64,000 bases of DNA from an uncultured Gemmatimonadales bacterium. Lineage in GTDB: Bacteria > Gemmatimonadota > Gemmatimonadetes > Longimicrobiales > RSA9. The stretch covers positions 192,001 through 256,000 of the forward strand of contig CAWFKH010000001.1 in the NCBI GenBank assembly GCA_963816355.1. Reading direction: 5' to 3'. Positions 40,956-50,512 of the stretch are shown here, in pieces; position 1 is the first letter of the stretch, and each line of letters begins with the position of its first letter. Below the pieces are notes generated by a model that saw only the letters and a program-made list of their open reading frames with translations, was not told where the DNA came from and did not search any database. The position numbers and the translations under genes were made by a program.

Positions 40956-41225
40956 CTAGCGCACGATGGCGAACGGGTCCGGCAACGGGTCCTCGCCCGC
41001 CGGAAGCTCGTCGAGCCGGTCCACCCGCGCCGCGTCCGGACCGGCGCGCAGCCGCTCGCGCAGCGTCTCCAGTTGCGCCTCGCTCCCCGCCGCCTCCACC
41101 TCCACGCTGCCGTCGACGCGGTTGCGCACCCGACCCGCGACGCCGATCTCCCGCCCCACGTGCGCGGTCCACCAGCGGAACCCGACGCCCTGCACGCGTC
41201 CGCGGACGCGGAACCGCGCTCTCAT
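40956..41225 (-). CDS. acyP: Acylphosphatase
   Basis: VRGRVQGVGFR, GRVRN..DGSVEV, GP..ARV. Confidence 0.93.
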   Translation of the reverse strand: MRARFRVRGRVQGVGFRWWTAHVGREIGVAGRVRNRVDGSVEVEAAGSEAQLETLRERLRAGPDAARVDRLDELPAGEDPLPDPFAIVR

Positions 41226-41246
41226 ACGGTGTTTCTTCGGTTTGTT

Positions 41247-41262
41247 CGTTTCACGTGAAACA
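41247..41262. promoter_or_regulatory. parS: parS centromere site
   Basis: cGTTTCACGTGAAACA, a 15/16 match to the canonical palindrome. Confidence 0.9.
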
Positions 41263-41270
41263 CCCTCTTT

Positions 41271-42980
41271 TCAGTCGATGCGGCTCTGCCGCAGGCGGTT
41301 GAGCAGGCCGGCAAGTTCGAGGATCCGGAAACCGGCGTACTCCCCCTTCGGCTCCGCGTCGAACGCGCCCGGCCCCTCCGCCGCGATCCGATCCATCACC
41401 CGCCGCAGCGCCTCGTCGATCTCCCTCTCGCCGTCGATCTCCGCGCCCGCCGCTCCCTGCAGCGCGCGCGCCATCGCCGCGACCTGCGCCGCCTCCACGA
41501 TCTGCTCCAGCGCGGAGAGGTCCACGCGCTCCTCTCCGAACTCGAGCCGGTCCGCCGCGTGGACGCGGATGCGCTCGCGCCCCGCGCGGCCGCGTGCGGT
41601 GAGACCGTCGGGGCGCGGACGCCGCCGCCGGATCGGCCGCCACGCGCCGCTCTCCGGCGTGCGCCGCGTCGGCAGCCGGCGCGCGATGTCGCGCGCGGCG
41701 CTCGTGTAGTCGTACGGCCGGTATTCCCGCATCGCGACCACCGTGTCGGCCACGTCGAAGTAGTCGCCGGCGCCGCCCACCACGAGGACGGTGGACACGC
41801 CCTGCTCGGCGGCGAGCTGGCGGGCACGGTCGATGAACGGCGTGATCGGCTCCGCCTCGCGCGGGACGAGCGCCTGCATGCGGGCGTCGCGGATCATGAA
41901 GTTGGTCGCCGACGTGTCTTCGTCGAGCAGCAGCGCCTCGGCGCCGACTTCCAGCGCCTCGACGATCGCCGCGGCCTGTGACGTGGAGCCGCTCGCGTCC
42001 TCGCTGCGGAACGCGACCGTGTCTTCGCCGCCGGGAAGGCCGCGCACGAAGTTGGAGATGTCGGTGCCCGCGACGCGCCGCCCGTCCTCGGCCCGCACCT
42101 TCATCGCCAGCGGCCGCGTCACCACGCGCTCGCGGCCGTCGCCGGGGACGTGGTCGTAAACGCCGCGCTCGATCGCGTTCAGCAGGGTCGACTTGCCGTG
42201 GTAGCCGCCGCCCACGATCAGCGTCACGCCCAGGGGCACGCCCAGGCCCGTGACGGCACCGGCGTTCGGCGCTGTGAGCGTCGTTCGCAGGGACGGCGGG
42301 GATTCGAACGCGCGCGCTCGCTCGCGCGCGAGGGGGCGGTCGTCCACGCCGGAGCGGCGCGGCAGGAGCGCACCGTCGGCGACGAAGGCGACGAGCCCGC
42401 GCGCCGCGAGCTGAGAACGCAGCGCGACGGCGTCCTCCACGCACTCCACGTGCTCCTCGAGGGCCGCGGCGTCCAGCGCCTCCATGCGCAGCGAGGAACC
42501 GACGGCGCCGGGCACCGCGTCCAGCAGCACCAGCGCCGCCGCCCGACCCAGTATGCGGCGGCCACGGGCGGGCAGACCGACACGGAAGCGCGCCTCCACG
42601 CCCCCTCCCTCGTCCACGCGGACGCTGGTGCGCTCGAGCACCTCCTGGCCGGGCTGCAGGACGCGGAGCTCGCCGCCGCGCCCGCTGCCGTGGCGGGTGG
42701 AGGCGGCGCGCACCGCGTGAGAGAAGCCGCGGTTGAGATGGTCGGCGGTGGCACGGCGGCGGTCCGCGGACGCGAAGGACCAGTCGGGGAGCGCCGTCCA
42801 GGCCGCGTCGAGGTGCACGCGTACGCGGCTCGGCTGTGCGTACGGATCCCCCTGCACGTAATCGATCCGCAGCGCGTAGCCGTCACCCGCGCCGTAGGCG
42901 CCCTTGATCTCCTTGTAGCGCTTGTAGCTCTCGCCGTCGATGCGCAGCAGGAGGCTGCGAAGCTCGGAAGGGTCTCGCAT
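41271..42980 (-). CDS. Predicted ABC-class ATPase (COG3044-like), soluble
   Basis: VQGDPYAQPS, LPRRSG, IVGGGYHGKSTLL, RAEDGR, ASGSTSQAA, LLLDEDTSATNFMIRD and EPITPF. Confidence 0.88.
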   Translation of the reverse strand: MRDPSELRSLLLRIDGESYKRYKEIKGAYGAGDGYALRIDYVQGDPYAQPSRVRVHLDAAWTALPDWSFASADRRRATADHLNRGFSHAVRAASTRHGSGRGGELRVLQPGQEVLERTSVRVDEGGGVEARFRVGLPARGRRILGRAAALVLLDAVPGAVGSSLRMEALDAAALEEHVECVEDAVALRSQLAARGLVAFVADGALLPRRSGVDDRPLARERARAFESPPSLRTTLTAPNAGAVTGLGVPLGVTLIVGGGYHGKSTLLNAIERGVYDHVPGDGRERVVTRPLAMKVRAEDGRRVAGTDISNFVRGLPGGEDTVAFRSEDASGSTSQAAAIVEALEVGAEALLLDEDTSATNFMIRDARMQALVPREAEPITPFIDRARQLAAEQGVSTVLVVGGAGDYFDVADTVVAMREYRPYDYTSAARDIARRLPTRRTPESGAWRPIRRRRPRPDGLTARGRAGRERIRVHAADRLEFGEERVDLSALEQIVEAAQVAAMARALQGAAGAEIDGEREIDEALRRVMDRIAAEGPGAFDAEPKGEYAGFRILELAGLLNRLRQSRID

Positions 42981-43165
42981 TGCGTCGCGTCTTCGGGTGG
43001 CTGGTGAATCCGTTTCTCGCCGCACGCGCCTCGCGTGGCGACGGCGCCCCGGCCCTATTGGCGACGGCGGCCGGCCGCGCGGTGGCGGCGGCCGCGCCGC
43101 ACGCGGGCGCGACCCCGGGCGGCGCAGGATCCGAGCCGCGCGTGCCGCCGCCTTGTCCGGGCGTG

Positions 43166-43181
43166 TGTTTCACGTGAAACA
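43166..43181. promoter_or_regulatory. parS: parS centromere site
   Basis: Perfect TGTTTCACGTGAAACA 85 bp upstream of parA. Confidence 0.93.
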
Positions 43182-43266
43182 CCGGGCCGCCGCGGCGGCG
43201 CTTTACCGGTTCGAGCCGCGCGGGTATATTCGATAGCAGCGCCCGAGACCCTCCGGCCGGAATCGC

Positions 43267-44190
43267 ATGTCCCGCGTCATCGCAATCGCCAATCAGAAGG
43301 GTGGTGTCGGCAAGACCACCACCGCGATCAACCTCGGGGCGTGCCTCGCCGTGGCCGAGCGGCGGACGCTCGTCGTCGATATGGATCCGCAGGGCAACGC
43401 GACCAGCGGCCTGGGGATCGAGCGGCGCGAGGGGATGCCGACGGTCTACAACCTCCTCGTCGAGGAGGCGCCGATCCGTTCCGTCCTGCTGCGCGAGATC
43501 CAGTTCCCCTTCCTCGACGTGGTGCCCTCGGCGCGCGACCTGGTCGGCGCCGAGGTCGAGCTCGTCGGCCGGGCCGAGCGCGAGCTCGTGCTGCGCAACG
43601 CGCTACGCGAGGTACGCGACGAGTACGAGTACGTGCTCGTCGACTGTCCGCCTTCGCTCGGCCTCCTCACGCTCAACACGCTGTCGGCGGCCGACGCGGT
43701 GCTGATTCCGATCCAGTGCGAGTTCTACGCGCTCGAGGGGCTCTCGCAGCTCCTCAACACCGTCCGCCTCGTGCAGCGCAACCTCAATCCGCGCCTGCAG
43801 ATCGACGGCGTCCTCCTGACGATGTTCGACCAGCGGCTGAACCTTTCGAAACAGGTCGCGGAGGAGGCGAAGGAGTATTTCGGCAGCCGCGTCTACAAGA
43901 CGGTGATCCCGCGCAACGTGCGTCTCGCCGAGGCGCCCAGCTTCGGAAAGCCGATCGTACTCTACGACATCCTCTCCGCCGGCGCACAGAGCTATCTGGC
44001 GCTCGCCCGCGAGATCATCGGCCGTTCCGCCCGGGTGGGGCGTCGTTCGCGCCACGGTCGGGCGGCGAGCGACGGCGGCGCGGCGGGCGACGGCGCGGCG
44101 GGCGGCGGCTCGGCGGCTGACGCCGGCCCGCCCGGCCGCGCCGCATCGCCCGCGAACGTGGAACCGCCGCCGGTCGGGGAGGAGCGCTGA
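43267..44190 (+). CDS. parA: Chromosome partitioning ATPase Soj/ParA
   Basis: [27 protein letters not shown] and [16 protein letters not shown]. Confidence 0.97.
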   Translation: MSRVIAIANQKGGVGKTTTAINLGACLAVAERRTLVVDMDPQGNATSGLGIERREGMPTVYNLLVEEAPIRSVLLREIQFPFLDVVPSARDLVGAEVELVGRAERELVLRNALREVRDEYEYVLVDCPPSLGLLTLNTLSAADAVLIPIQCEFYALEGLSQLLNTVRLVQRNLNPRLQIDGVLLTMFDQRLNLSKQVAEEAKEYFGSRVYKTVIPRNVRLAEAPSFGKPIVLYDILSAGAQSYLALAREIIGRSARVGRRSRHGRAASDGGAAGDGAAGGGSAADAGPPGRAASPANVEPPPVGEER

Positions 44191-44192
44191 CA

Positions 44193-45080
44193 ATGGCGCA
44201 GCGAAGGGATCGCCTCGGACGAGGGCTCGGCGCGCTGCTCGGCGAGTACCTGGGGGAGGAGCGGCTGGACGGGGTCGAGGTGCGGAAGATCCCGCTCGGG
44301 TCGATCACCCCCAATCCGTTCCAGCCGCGTCGCGAGTTCGACGAGGCGGAGCTCACGGAGCTCTGCGACTCGATCCGCGACAACGGGCTCCTGCAGCCGA
44401 TCGTCGTGCGGCCGGCGCCGCACGGCGACGCGTGGGAGCTGGTGGCGGGCGAGCGGCGCTGGCGCGCCATCTCGCGCCTCGGCTGGCGCGACGTCCCGGC
44501 GATCGTGCGCGACGTCGACGACCGCACGCTCCTCGTCCTCGCGCTCGTCGAGAATCTCCAGCGCTCCGCGCTCTCGCCCCTCGAGGAAGCGGACGCGTAC
44601 CGCCGCCTCGCCGAGGAGTTCAGCCTCTCGCACACGGAGATCGCCGAGACCGTCGGCCGCGATCGCTCGACCGTGGCCAACACGTTGCGGTTGCTGCAGT
44701 TGCCCCCCGCGGTACGGAGGATGCTCGGTGACGGCCGGCTGAGCGCCGGACACGGTCGCGCCCTGCTCGCGCTCGGCAACGAGCGTCGCATGCTGGGACT
44801 GGCGCGGCGCGCGGCCGAGGAGGGCTGGAGCGTCCGCCTGACGGAGGCGCGGGTGAAGCAGGCGAGGGGCGAAAAGAAGCCGAAGAAAGCGGCCCCCCGC
44901 AGAGATCCGGCCGAGCGCCGCCTGGAGGAGGAGCTGCAGCGCGCGCTCGGCGCCGACGTACGCATCCGGGTGGGACGGGGTGGCCGCGGGCGGATCGAGA
45001 TCCCGTTCCTCGGCGTGGAGGACTTCGAGCGCATCTTCGAGCTGCTCGCCCAGGAATCGGCGGCGGATTTCGTTTCGTGA
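44193..45080 (+). CDS. parB: Chromosome partitioning protein ParB/Spo0J
   Basis: LGRGLGAL, NPFQPRR, AGERRWRA, ENLQR and HTH RSTVANTLRLL. Confidence 0.97.
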   Translation: MAQRRDRLGRGLGALLGEYLGEERLDGVEVRKIPLGSITPNPFQPRREFDEAELTELCDSIRDNGLLQPIVVRPAPHGDAWELVAGERRWRAISRLGWRDVPAIVRDVDDRTLLVLALVENLQRSALSPLEEADAYRRLAEEFSLSHTEIAETVGRDRSTVANTLRLLQLPPAVRRMLGDGRLSAGHGRALLALGNERRMLGLARRAAEEGWSVRLTEARVKQARGEKKPKKAAPRRDPAERRLEEELQRALGADVRIRVGRGGRGRIEIPFLGVEDFERIFELLAQESAADFVS

Positions 45081-45086
45081 GGTAGC

Positions 45087-45923
45087 ATGGACGAGCGCGA
45101 GCTGACGCTGATCATCGTCCCTGAGGGTGATCCGGAGACGCGCACGATACGGGTCCCGTACCGTCGTGTGCGCATCGCGATCGTGGCAGCGGGAGTCTTC
45201 GTGGTCCTCTTCATCGTGATGGCGGCGTCGTGGTGGTACGTGGCGGCGCAGGCGGCGCGCGTGCCGGGGCTGGAGCGCCAGCTCGGCGAGCTCGAGGCGG
45301 AGCGTGCGAAGGTGGCGCGGCTCGCGCGGACGCTGACGGAGGTGGAGGCGCAGTACGAGCGGGTGCGGCAGATGCTGGGCGCCGACGGAGCCGCTGCCGG
45401 CGGCGCCGCGGCGTCGTTGCCGCCGCTACGCGACACTGCCGTCTCCCGCGGTGCCGGCGGAGGGGAGCTGGCGCCGCCCCGCGAGGCGCCGGCGGTAGAG
45501 CCGGCGGTGGGCGCTCCGGCGGCCGGGGGACGGCCGGTCGGAGGTCCACCCGCTGACTGGCCTCTCACGGACGAGGGATTCGTGACGCAGCGACTGACGC
45601 AGGCGGCCGGCGGCGGCCATCCCGGCGTCGACGTCGCGATCCCCGGCGACTCCTACATCCGGACTTCCGGAGCCGGCCGGGTGAGCCGTGCGGGCGACGA
45701 CGCCATCTACGGCCGCTACATCGTCGTCGACCACGGCGACGGCTACGAGACGCTCTACGCGCACGCCTCGCGCCTCTTCGTGAGTGCCGGCGAGGGCGTG
45801 GAGCGTCATCAGATCATCGCGCTGAGCGGCTCAACCGGTCGCTCCAGCGCGCCCCACCTCCACTTCGAGCTGCGTCGAAACGGGCGTCCGCTCGACCCTC
45901 TGGCGCTGCTGCAGCGCCGCTGA
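45087..45923 (+). CDS. M23 family peptidoglycan endopeptidase with TM and coiled coil
   Basis: HPGVD, TLYAH and STGRSSAPHLHFE. Confidence 0.9.
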   Translation: MDERELTLIIVPEGDPETRTIRVPYRRVRIAIVAAGVFVVLFIVMAASWWYVAAQAARVPGLERQLGELEAERAKVARLARTLTEVEAQYERVRQMLGADGAAAGGAAASLPPLRDTAVSRGAGGGELAPPREAPAVEPAVGAPAAGGRPVGGPPADWPLTDEGFVTQRLTQAAGGGHPGVDVAIPGDSYIRTSGAGRVSRAGDDAIYGRYIVVDHGDGYETLYAHASRLFVSAGEGVERHQIIALSGSTGRSSAPHLHFELRRNGRPLDPLALLQRR

Positions 45924-45951
45924 GATCCTCCGAACAGTGAGATTCGAAACC

Positions 45952-46494
45952 ATGGTACGCGAGAAGGAACGCGACATCACGCCCCCCGGAAACGAAGGCG
46001 TCATCTCCATCGTCGGACCCGGCATGCGCGTCGTCGGCGACTGCGAGACCGCGGGGACGCTCCGCATCGAGGGCGTCGTGGAGGGCACCGTCCGCGCCGG
46101 AAAGGCGGTCGTCGTCGGCAAGGACGGCTCCGTCCAGGGCGACATCGTCACGCAGGACGCCGTCGTCGGCGGCAAGGTCAACGGGACGATCGTGGCGGAG
46201 AGCCGGCTCGAGTTGCAGGCGACGTGCGTCGTCGAAGGCCAGATCCACGCCCGCCGCATCAAGCTGGACGAGGGCGGGCGCGTCAACGGCGAGGTGCACA
46301 CTGGCGAGGTACGCCAGCGGAGCGGGGAAGCCGCGGGGTCGCTTTCGGCCTCCACTTCCGGGCCGGGCCGGGCCGCCCACGCCACCGGATCGGGCGCGGC
46401 GGCGGCGTCCGGCGGCCCCGGTCCGTCGCGTCCCTCGAGCGACATCTCGTCCGGCTCGGCGACGAAGGCGGCGCGCGCGGTGGGCTCCGAGTAG
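45952..46494 (+). CDS. Bactofilin (polymer-forming cytoskeletal protein)
   Basis: SIVGPGMRVVGD...LRIEGVVEG...VQGDI...VNGTI...VEGQI beta-helix repeats. Confidence 0.92.
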   Translation: MVREKERDITPPGNEGVISIVGPGMRVVGDCETAGTLRIEGVVEGTVRAGKAVVVGKDGSVQGDIVTQDAVVGGKVNGTIVAESRLELQATCVVEGQIHARRIKLDEGGRVNGEVHTGEVRQRSGEAAGSLSASTSGPGRAAHATGSGAAAASGGPGPSRPSSDISSGSATKAARAVGSE

Positions 46495-46513
46495 TTCGGT
46501 AAAGCTACGGTTT

Positions 46514-46622
46514 TTCTCCACAATCTGTGGATACCGATGAAGTCTTGCACTGGCAACGAGTTATGACTGGATTTCGGACACCGTGACGCATAAAGAGGTG
46601 ATGGTGTTGCGTCTTTTCCACA
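46514..46622. promoter_or_regulatory. Cluster of DnaA-box-like sites in an AT-richer intergenic region
   Basis: TTCTCCACA at 46514, TGTGGATAC at 46526 and TTTTCCACA at 46614. Confidence 0.6.
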
Positions 46623-46641
46623 GCAGTGGCGAGCGGCGCTG

Positions 46642-47403
46642 GTGAGCCCGGTGGACCTGCGGGAGCTGGTCGCCTATCTGGACGCCTACCTGCGCGTCGG
46701 AGAGGTGCCCGATTCGCCCGGCGCGCTGAACGGGCTGCAGGTGGAGAGCGCGGGGAGCGTGACGCGGTTGGGAGCGGCGGTGGACGCGAGCGAGGCGACG
46801 ATCCGGAAGGCGATCGAGCTGGGCTGCGACCTGCTGCTGGTGCATCACGGGCTCTTCTGGAGCGGGAATCGGCCGGTGACGGGGCGGCGGTACCGTCGTC
46901 TGAAGGCGTTGCTGGACGCCGACGTGGCGGTATACGGGGCGCACCTGCCGCTGGACGTGCACGCGGAAGTGGGGAATAACGCGGTGCTGGCGCGGGAGTT
47001 GGGGGTCGACGTGGAGGGCCGGTTCGGGGAGGAGTACGGAATCGAGCTGGGGGTGGTGGGGCGCCTGCGGATCCGGCGCGAGGCGCTGGCGGCGCGGCTG
47101 GACGAGCTGCTCGGCGGCCGGATCAAGCTGCTCGCGGGCGGGCCGGAGATGGTGGAGCGGGTGGCGGTGCTGACGGGCGCGGGGGGCGGCATGATCGCGG
47201 ACGCGGTGGCGGCGGGGGCGGATGCGTACGTGACGGGGGAAGGCGCGCACCACACGTACTTCGACGCCATGGAGAGCGGCATCAACGTGTACTACGGCGG
47301 TCACTACGCGACGGAGACGTGGGGGGTGCGGGCGCTCGCGCGGCATCTGGAGGCGCGGTTCGGTCTCCCGTGGGAGTTCATCGACCTTCCGACGGGCCTG
47401 TAG
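46642..47403 (+). CDS. Nif3/YbgI-like dinuclear metal centre protein
   Basis: NGLQV, LLVHHGLFW, HLPLD.H, GNN, VTGE and GGHYATE. Confidence 0.93.
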   Translation: MSPVDLRELVAYLDAYLRVGEVPDSPGALNGLQVESAGSVTRLGAAVDASEATIRKAIELGCDLLLVHHGLFWSGNRPVTGRRYRRLKALLDADVAVYGAHLPLDVHAEVGNNAVLARELGVDVEGRFGEEYGIELGVVGRLRIRREALAARLDELLGGRIKLLAGGPEMVERVAVLTGAGGGMIADAVAAGADAYVTGEGAHHTYFDAMESGINVYYGGHYATETWGVRALARHLEARFGLPWEFIDLPTGL

Positions 47404-47418
47404 CGGGACGGCGGAGCG

Positions 47419-47460
47419 ACGCGACGGCCGCGGCGTCCCAGCTCGCCGCGGCCGTCGCGT
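47419..47460. terminator. Strong hairpin between convergent genes
   Basis: 17-bp perfect stem ACGCGACGGCCGCGGCG / CGCCGCGGCCGTCGCGT with an 8-nt loop. Confidence 0.65.
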
Positions 47461-47540
47461 TCACCTGCCCGTCGCGTTCACCTGTCCGTCCCGGCCGCCG
47501 TGGGTCCGCGTTGCGGCGGGCCGCGGAGTCGGCGGGTGCG

Positions 47541-48335
47541 TCAGCCGTGGCTCTTCAGGTACGCCTCCGCGTCCGTCCTGTACTCGGGCAGGACCTGCGT
47601 GTGCTCCGTGTACTCCGGCAAGGACTTCGCCTTTTCCGCGTCGTACGAGTCGAGGAAATGGCGGTAGTAGCGCACGGCCGCGGCGGTGTCTCCGGTCTTG
47701 TCGGCGGCCTGGGCCGCGGCGGCGAGGCCGAGCAGGTGGTCCGGCGAGGAGGCGAGGATCTTCCGGGCGGTGGAGAGCGCGGCCGCGGCGTCGCCGGCGG
47801 CGGTCTGCAGCACGCTGAGGTGGTAGAGGCCGTCGGCGTCGAGGTTGGGCACGTTCTCGTAGGCGGTGATGGCCATCGGCATGAAGAATTGGGCCTGCTG
47901 CTGGTCCCCGCTCTGCATCGCCGTCATGATGCGGTTGAAGAGGCGGTCCGCCTGCTCGCGCGGCGTGCCGGTCAGCGGGCCGGGCGCGCCGAGGCCGGCC
48001 GGCGTGCTGCCGCCGCCGGCCGCCGGGTCGGAGGTCGGCGAGAGGAAGGGGGCGCCGTTGGCGCCGAGGGTGGTGGAGTCGGCGCCGCCGCCCCGGCCGC
48101 GCGTCAGCACGGGGACGAGGATGACGGCGACGAGCGCGATGATCGCGGCGCCGGCAATGTACCAGGGCAGGTTGGAGGCGGAGCCGCGGAGCGTCTCGCC
48201 GCACTGGGTGCAGAAGCGGGCGCCCGGGGGGAGCGGCGCGTCGCAGCGGGTGCAGCGGGAGCCGCGGAGCGCGGTGCCGCAGTCGGCGCAGAACGCGGCG
48301 TCGCCTGCTTCCGTCTGGCAGTTGGGACATTTCAT
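47541..48335 (-). CDS. Double zinc-ribbon, TM, TPR-like protein
   Basis: CPNC..CADC..CTRC..CTQC, one TM, helical C-terminus with PDHLLGL. Confidence 0.8.
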   Translation of the reverse strand: MKCPNCQTEAGDAAFCADCGTALRGSRCTRCDAPLPPGARFCTQCGETLRGSASNLPWYIAGAAIIALVAVILVPVLTRGRGGGADSTTLGANGAPFLSPTSDPAAGGGSTPAGLGAPGPLTGTPREQADRLFNRIMTAMQSGDQQQAQFFMPMAITAYENVPNLDADGLYHLSVLQTAAGDAAAALSTARKILASSPDHLLGLAAAAQAADKTGDTAAAVRYYRHFLDSYDAEKAKSLPEYTEHTQVLPEYRTDAEAYLKSHG

Positions 48336-48521
48336 GGGGAGAAAGCTAAGCCCCGCCGCGAGGGGCGTCCACCCTGGCCCGCGCCCCGCGACGGGCGCGT
48401 GGGTGCGGCGGGGGCGAGGACGCGCGCCGGGGGCCGGCGTTCGCTACCTTTCGCGTGCGCGGCCCCGTGGGCGGACGCCGCGTCGGGAAGGGCAACCGAC
48501 GGACAGGATGGCGAGAGTCGA

Positions 48522-49313
48522 ATGGAGTCGGAGGAACGGGTGAGGGCGCCGCGCTCGGGGCGCACGGCGAAGCCGCAGAAGGAGACGCCGGAGCTGAACC
48601 GCGAGCGGCGGACGGAAGACGAGCAGCTTCTGCAACGCGAGCCGTCGGAGGTGAGCTTCACGCACACCGATCCGTGGCGTGTCTTTCGCATCATGGGCGA
48701 GTTCGTCGAGGGTTTCGACACGCTCGCCGGCCTGGGGCCGGCGGTGGCGGTGTTCGGCAGCGCCCGCACGCTGCCGGACGATCCGTACTACGGCGCGGCG
48801 CGGGAGACGGCGCGCCTGCTGGCGGAGCGCGGATTCGGGATCATCACCGGCGGCGGCCCCGGCATCATGGAGGCGGCGAACCGCGGCGCGGTGGAAGGGG
48901 AGGGCCGCTCGATCGGCTGCAACATCGAGCTGCCGTTCGAGCAGGGGATGAACGCGTTCGTGCGCACCGCGATCAACTTCCGCTACTTCTTCGTACGCAA
49001 GACAATGTTCGTGAAGTACTCGGAGGGGTTCGTGATCTTCCCCGGCGGGTACGGCACGATGGACGAGCTGTTCGAGTCGTTGACGCTCATCCAGACGCAG
49101 AAGATCACGGACTTCCCCGTGGTCCTCTTCGGCGCGGAGTATTGGCGGGGCTTGCTCGACTGGCTTTCCGGCTTCATGCTCCGCCAGGGGAAGATCGCCG
49201 GCGATGACCTGCGGCTTCTCCAGGTGACGGATTCGCCGGAGGAGGCCGCGCGCATCGTCGCCGACAGCTTCGACGCCCAGGAACGACCGGGAACGCCTCG
49301 CTCCGATCCGTGA
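48522..49313 (+). CDS. LOG family (TIGR00730) nucleotide phosphoribohydrolase
   Basis: [27 protein letters not shown] and PGGYGTMDE. Confidence 0.93.
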   Translation: MESEERVRAPRSGRTAKPQKETPELNRERRTEDEQLLQREPSEVSFTHTDPWRVFRIMGEFVEGFDTLAGLGPAVAVFGSARTLPDDPYYGAARETARLLAERGFGIITGGGPGIMEAANRGAVEGEGRSIGCNIELPFEQGMNAFVRTAINFRYFFVRKTMFVKYSEGFVIFPGGYGTMDELFESLTLIQTQKITDFPVVLFGAEYWRGLLDWLSGFMLRQGKIAGDDLRLLQVTDSPEEAARIVADSFDAQERPGTPRSDP

Positions 49314-50512
49314 GCGGGGCGTTCTCTCGCGACCCCCGATCCGGATCCCACGCCATGCCAGGCAAGAGCCGCTTTCTCTCCGGCCGAGCGATCGCACCAC
49401 GGCGCATCGGCCGCGACATCTCCGTCACGGACCTCGTCGACGGCACCTTCCTCGCCTACAACGCGGGCCGCCTGCAGGAGGGGTGCAGGCTGCTGGCGGA
49501 GCGCATGCTGGAGGCGGACGTCACCGTCGGCGTCTCGCTGACGGGCGCCCTGACGCCTGCCGGGCTGGGCATGAGCGCGCTCATCCCGCTCGTCGAGGCC
49601 GGGTTCGTCGACTGGATCGTCTCCACCGGCGCGAACCTCTACCACGACGCCCACTTCGGCCTCGGGCTCGAGATGCGGCAGGGCAACCCGTTCGTGTCGG
49701 ACGTCGTGCTGCGAGAGGAGGAGGTGGTCCGCATCTACGACATCTTCTTCGACTACTCGGTGCTGCTCGACACGGACGCCTTCTTCCGCAAGGTGATCTC
49801 GGGCGAGGAGTTCCAGCGTGCGATGTCGACGGCGGAGTTCCACCACCGCTGTGGCGCCTACGTCGCCGAGCGCGAGCGCGCGCTCGGGATCGGGCGCAAG
49901 TCGCTGCTCGCCGCCTGCTGGGAATACGACGTCCCGGTCTACACGTCGTCGCCGGGCGACTCGTCGATCGGCATGAACGTGGCGGCGATGGCGCTGCAGG
50001 GGAGTCGCTTCCGCTTCGACGTCAGCGCGGACGTGAACGAGACCGCCGCGATCGTGCTCGATGCCAAGCGCAGCGGCGGCCGCTCCGGCATCCTGATCCT
50101 CGGAGGCGGCAGTCCGAAGAACTTCGTCCTGCAGACGGAGCCGCAGATCCAGGAAGTGCTCGGCATCGAGGAGAAGGGCCACGACTATTTCCTGCAGGTG
50201 ACCGACGCGCGGCCGGACACCGGCGGCCTCTCCGGCGCCACGCCGGCGGAGGCGGTGAGCTGGGGGAAGGTGGACCCGGACCGGCTCCCCGACGCGGTCG
50301 TCTGCTACACGGACACGACGATCGCGCTGCCGATCCTCGCGGCCTACGCGCTCTCGCGCCGGGAGCCGCGCGAGCCGAAGCGTCTCTTCCGCCGCCGCTC
50401 CGAGATGATGGAGCGGCTCCTGCGCGAGTACGAGGCGTCCGCCCGTCACGGCGTGGAGGCCGGGCGGACCGCGAGAGGGGGCCACGACACGACCCTCGAC
50501 CGGGACCGCTGA
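49310..50512 (+). CDS. Deoxyhypusine synthase-like protein (possible homospermidine synthase)
   Basis: [32 protein letters not shown] and [16 protein letters not shown]; start 49310 or 49355. Confidence 0.9.
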   Translation: MSGAFSRDPRSGSHAMPGKSRFLSGRAIAPRRIGRDISVTDLVDGTFLAYNAGRLQEGCRLLAERMLEADVTVGVSLTGALTPAGLGMSALIPLVEAGFVDWIVSTGANLYHDAHFGLGLEMRQGNPFVSDVVLREEEVVRIYDIFFDYSVLLDTDAFFRKVISGEEFQRAMSTAEFHHRCGAYVAERERALGIGRKSLLAACWEYDVPVYTSSPGDSSIGMNVAAMALQGSRFRFDVSADVNETAAIVLDAKRSGGRSGILILGGGSPKNFVLQTEPQIQEVLGIEEKGHDYFLQVTDARPDTGGLSGATPAEAVSWGKVDPDRLPDAVVCYTDTTIALPILAAYALSRREPREPKRLFRRRSEMMERLLREYEASARHGVEAGRTARGGHDTTLDRDR

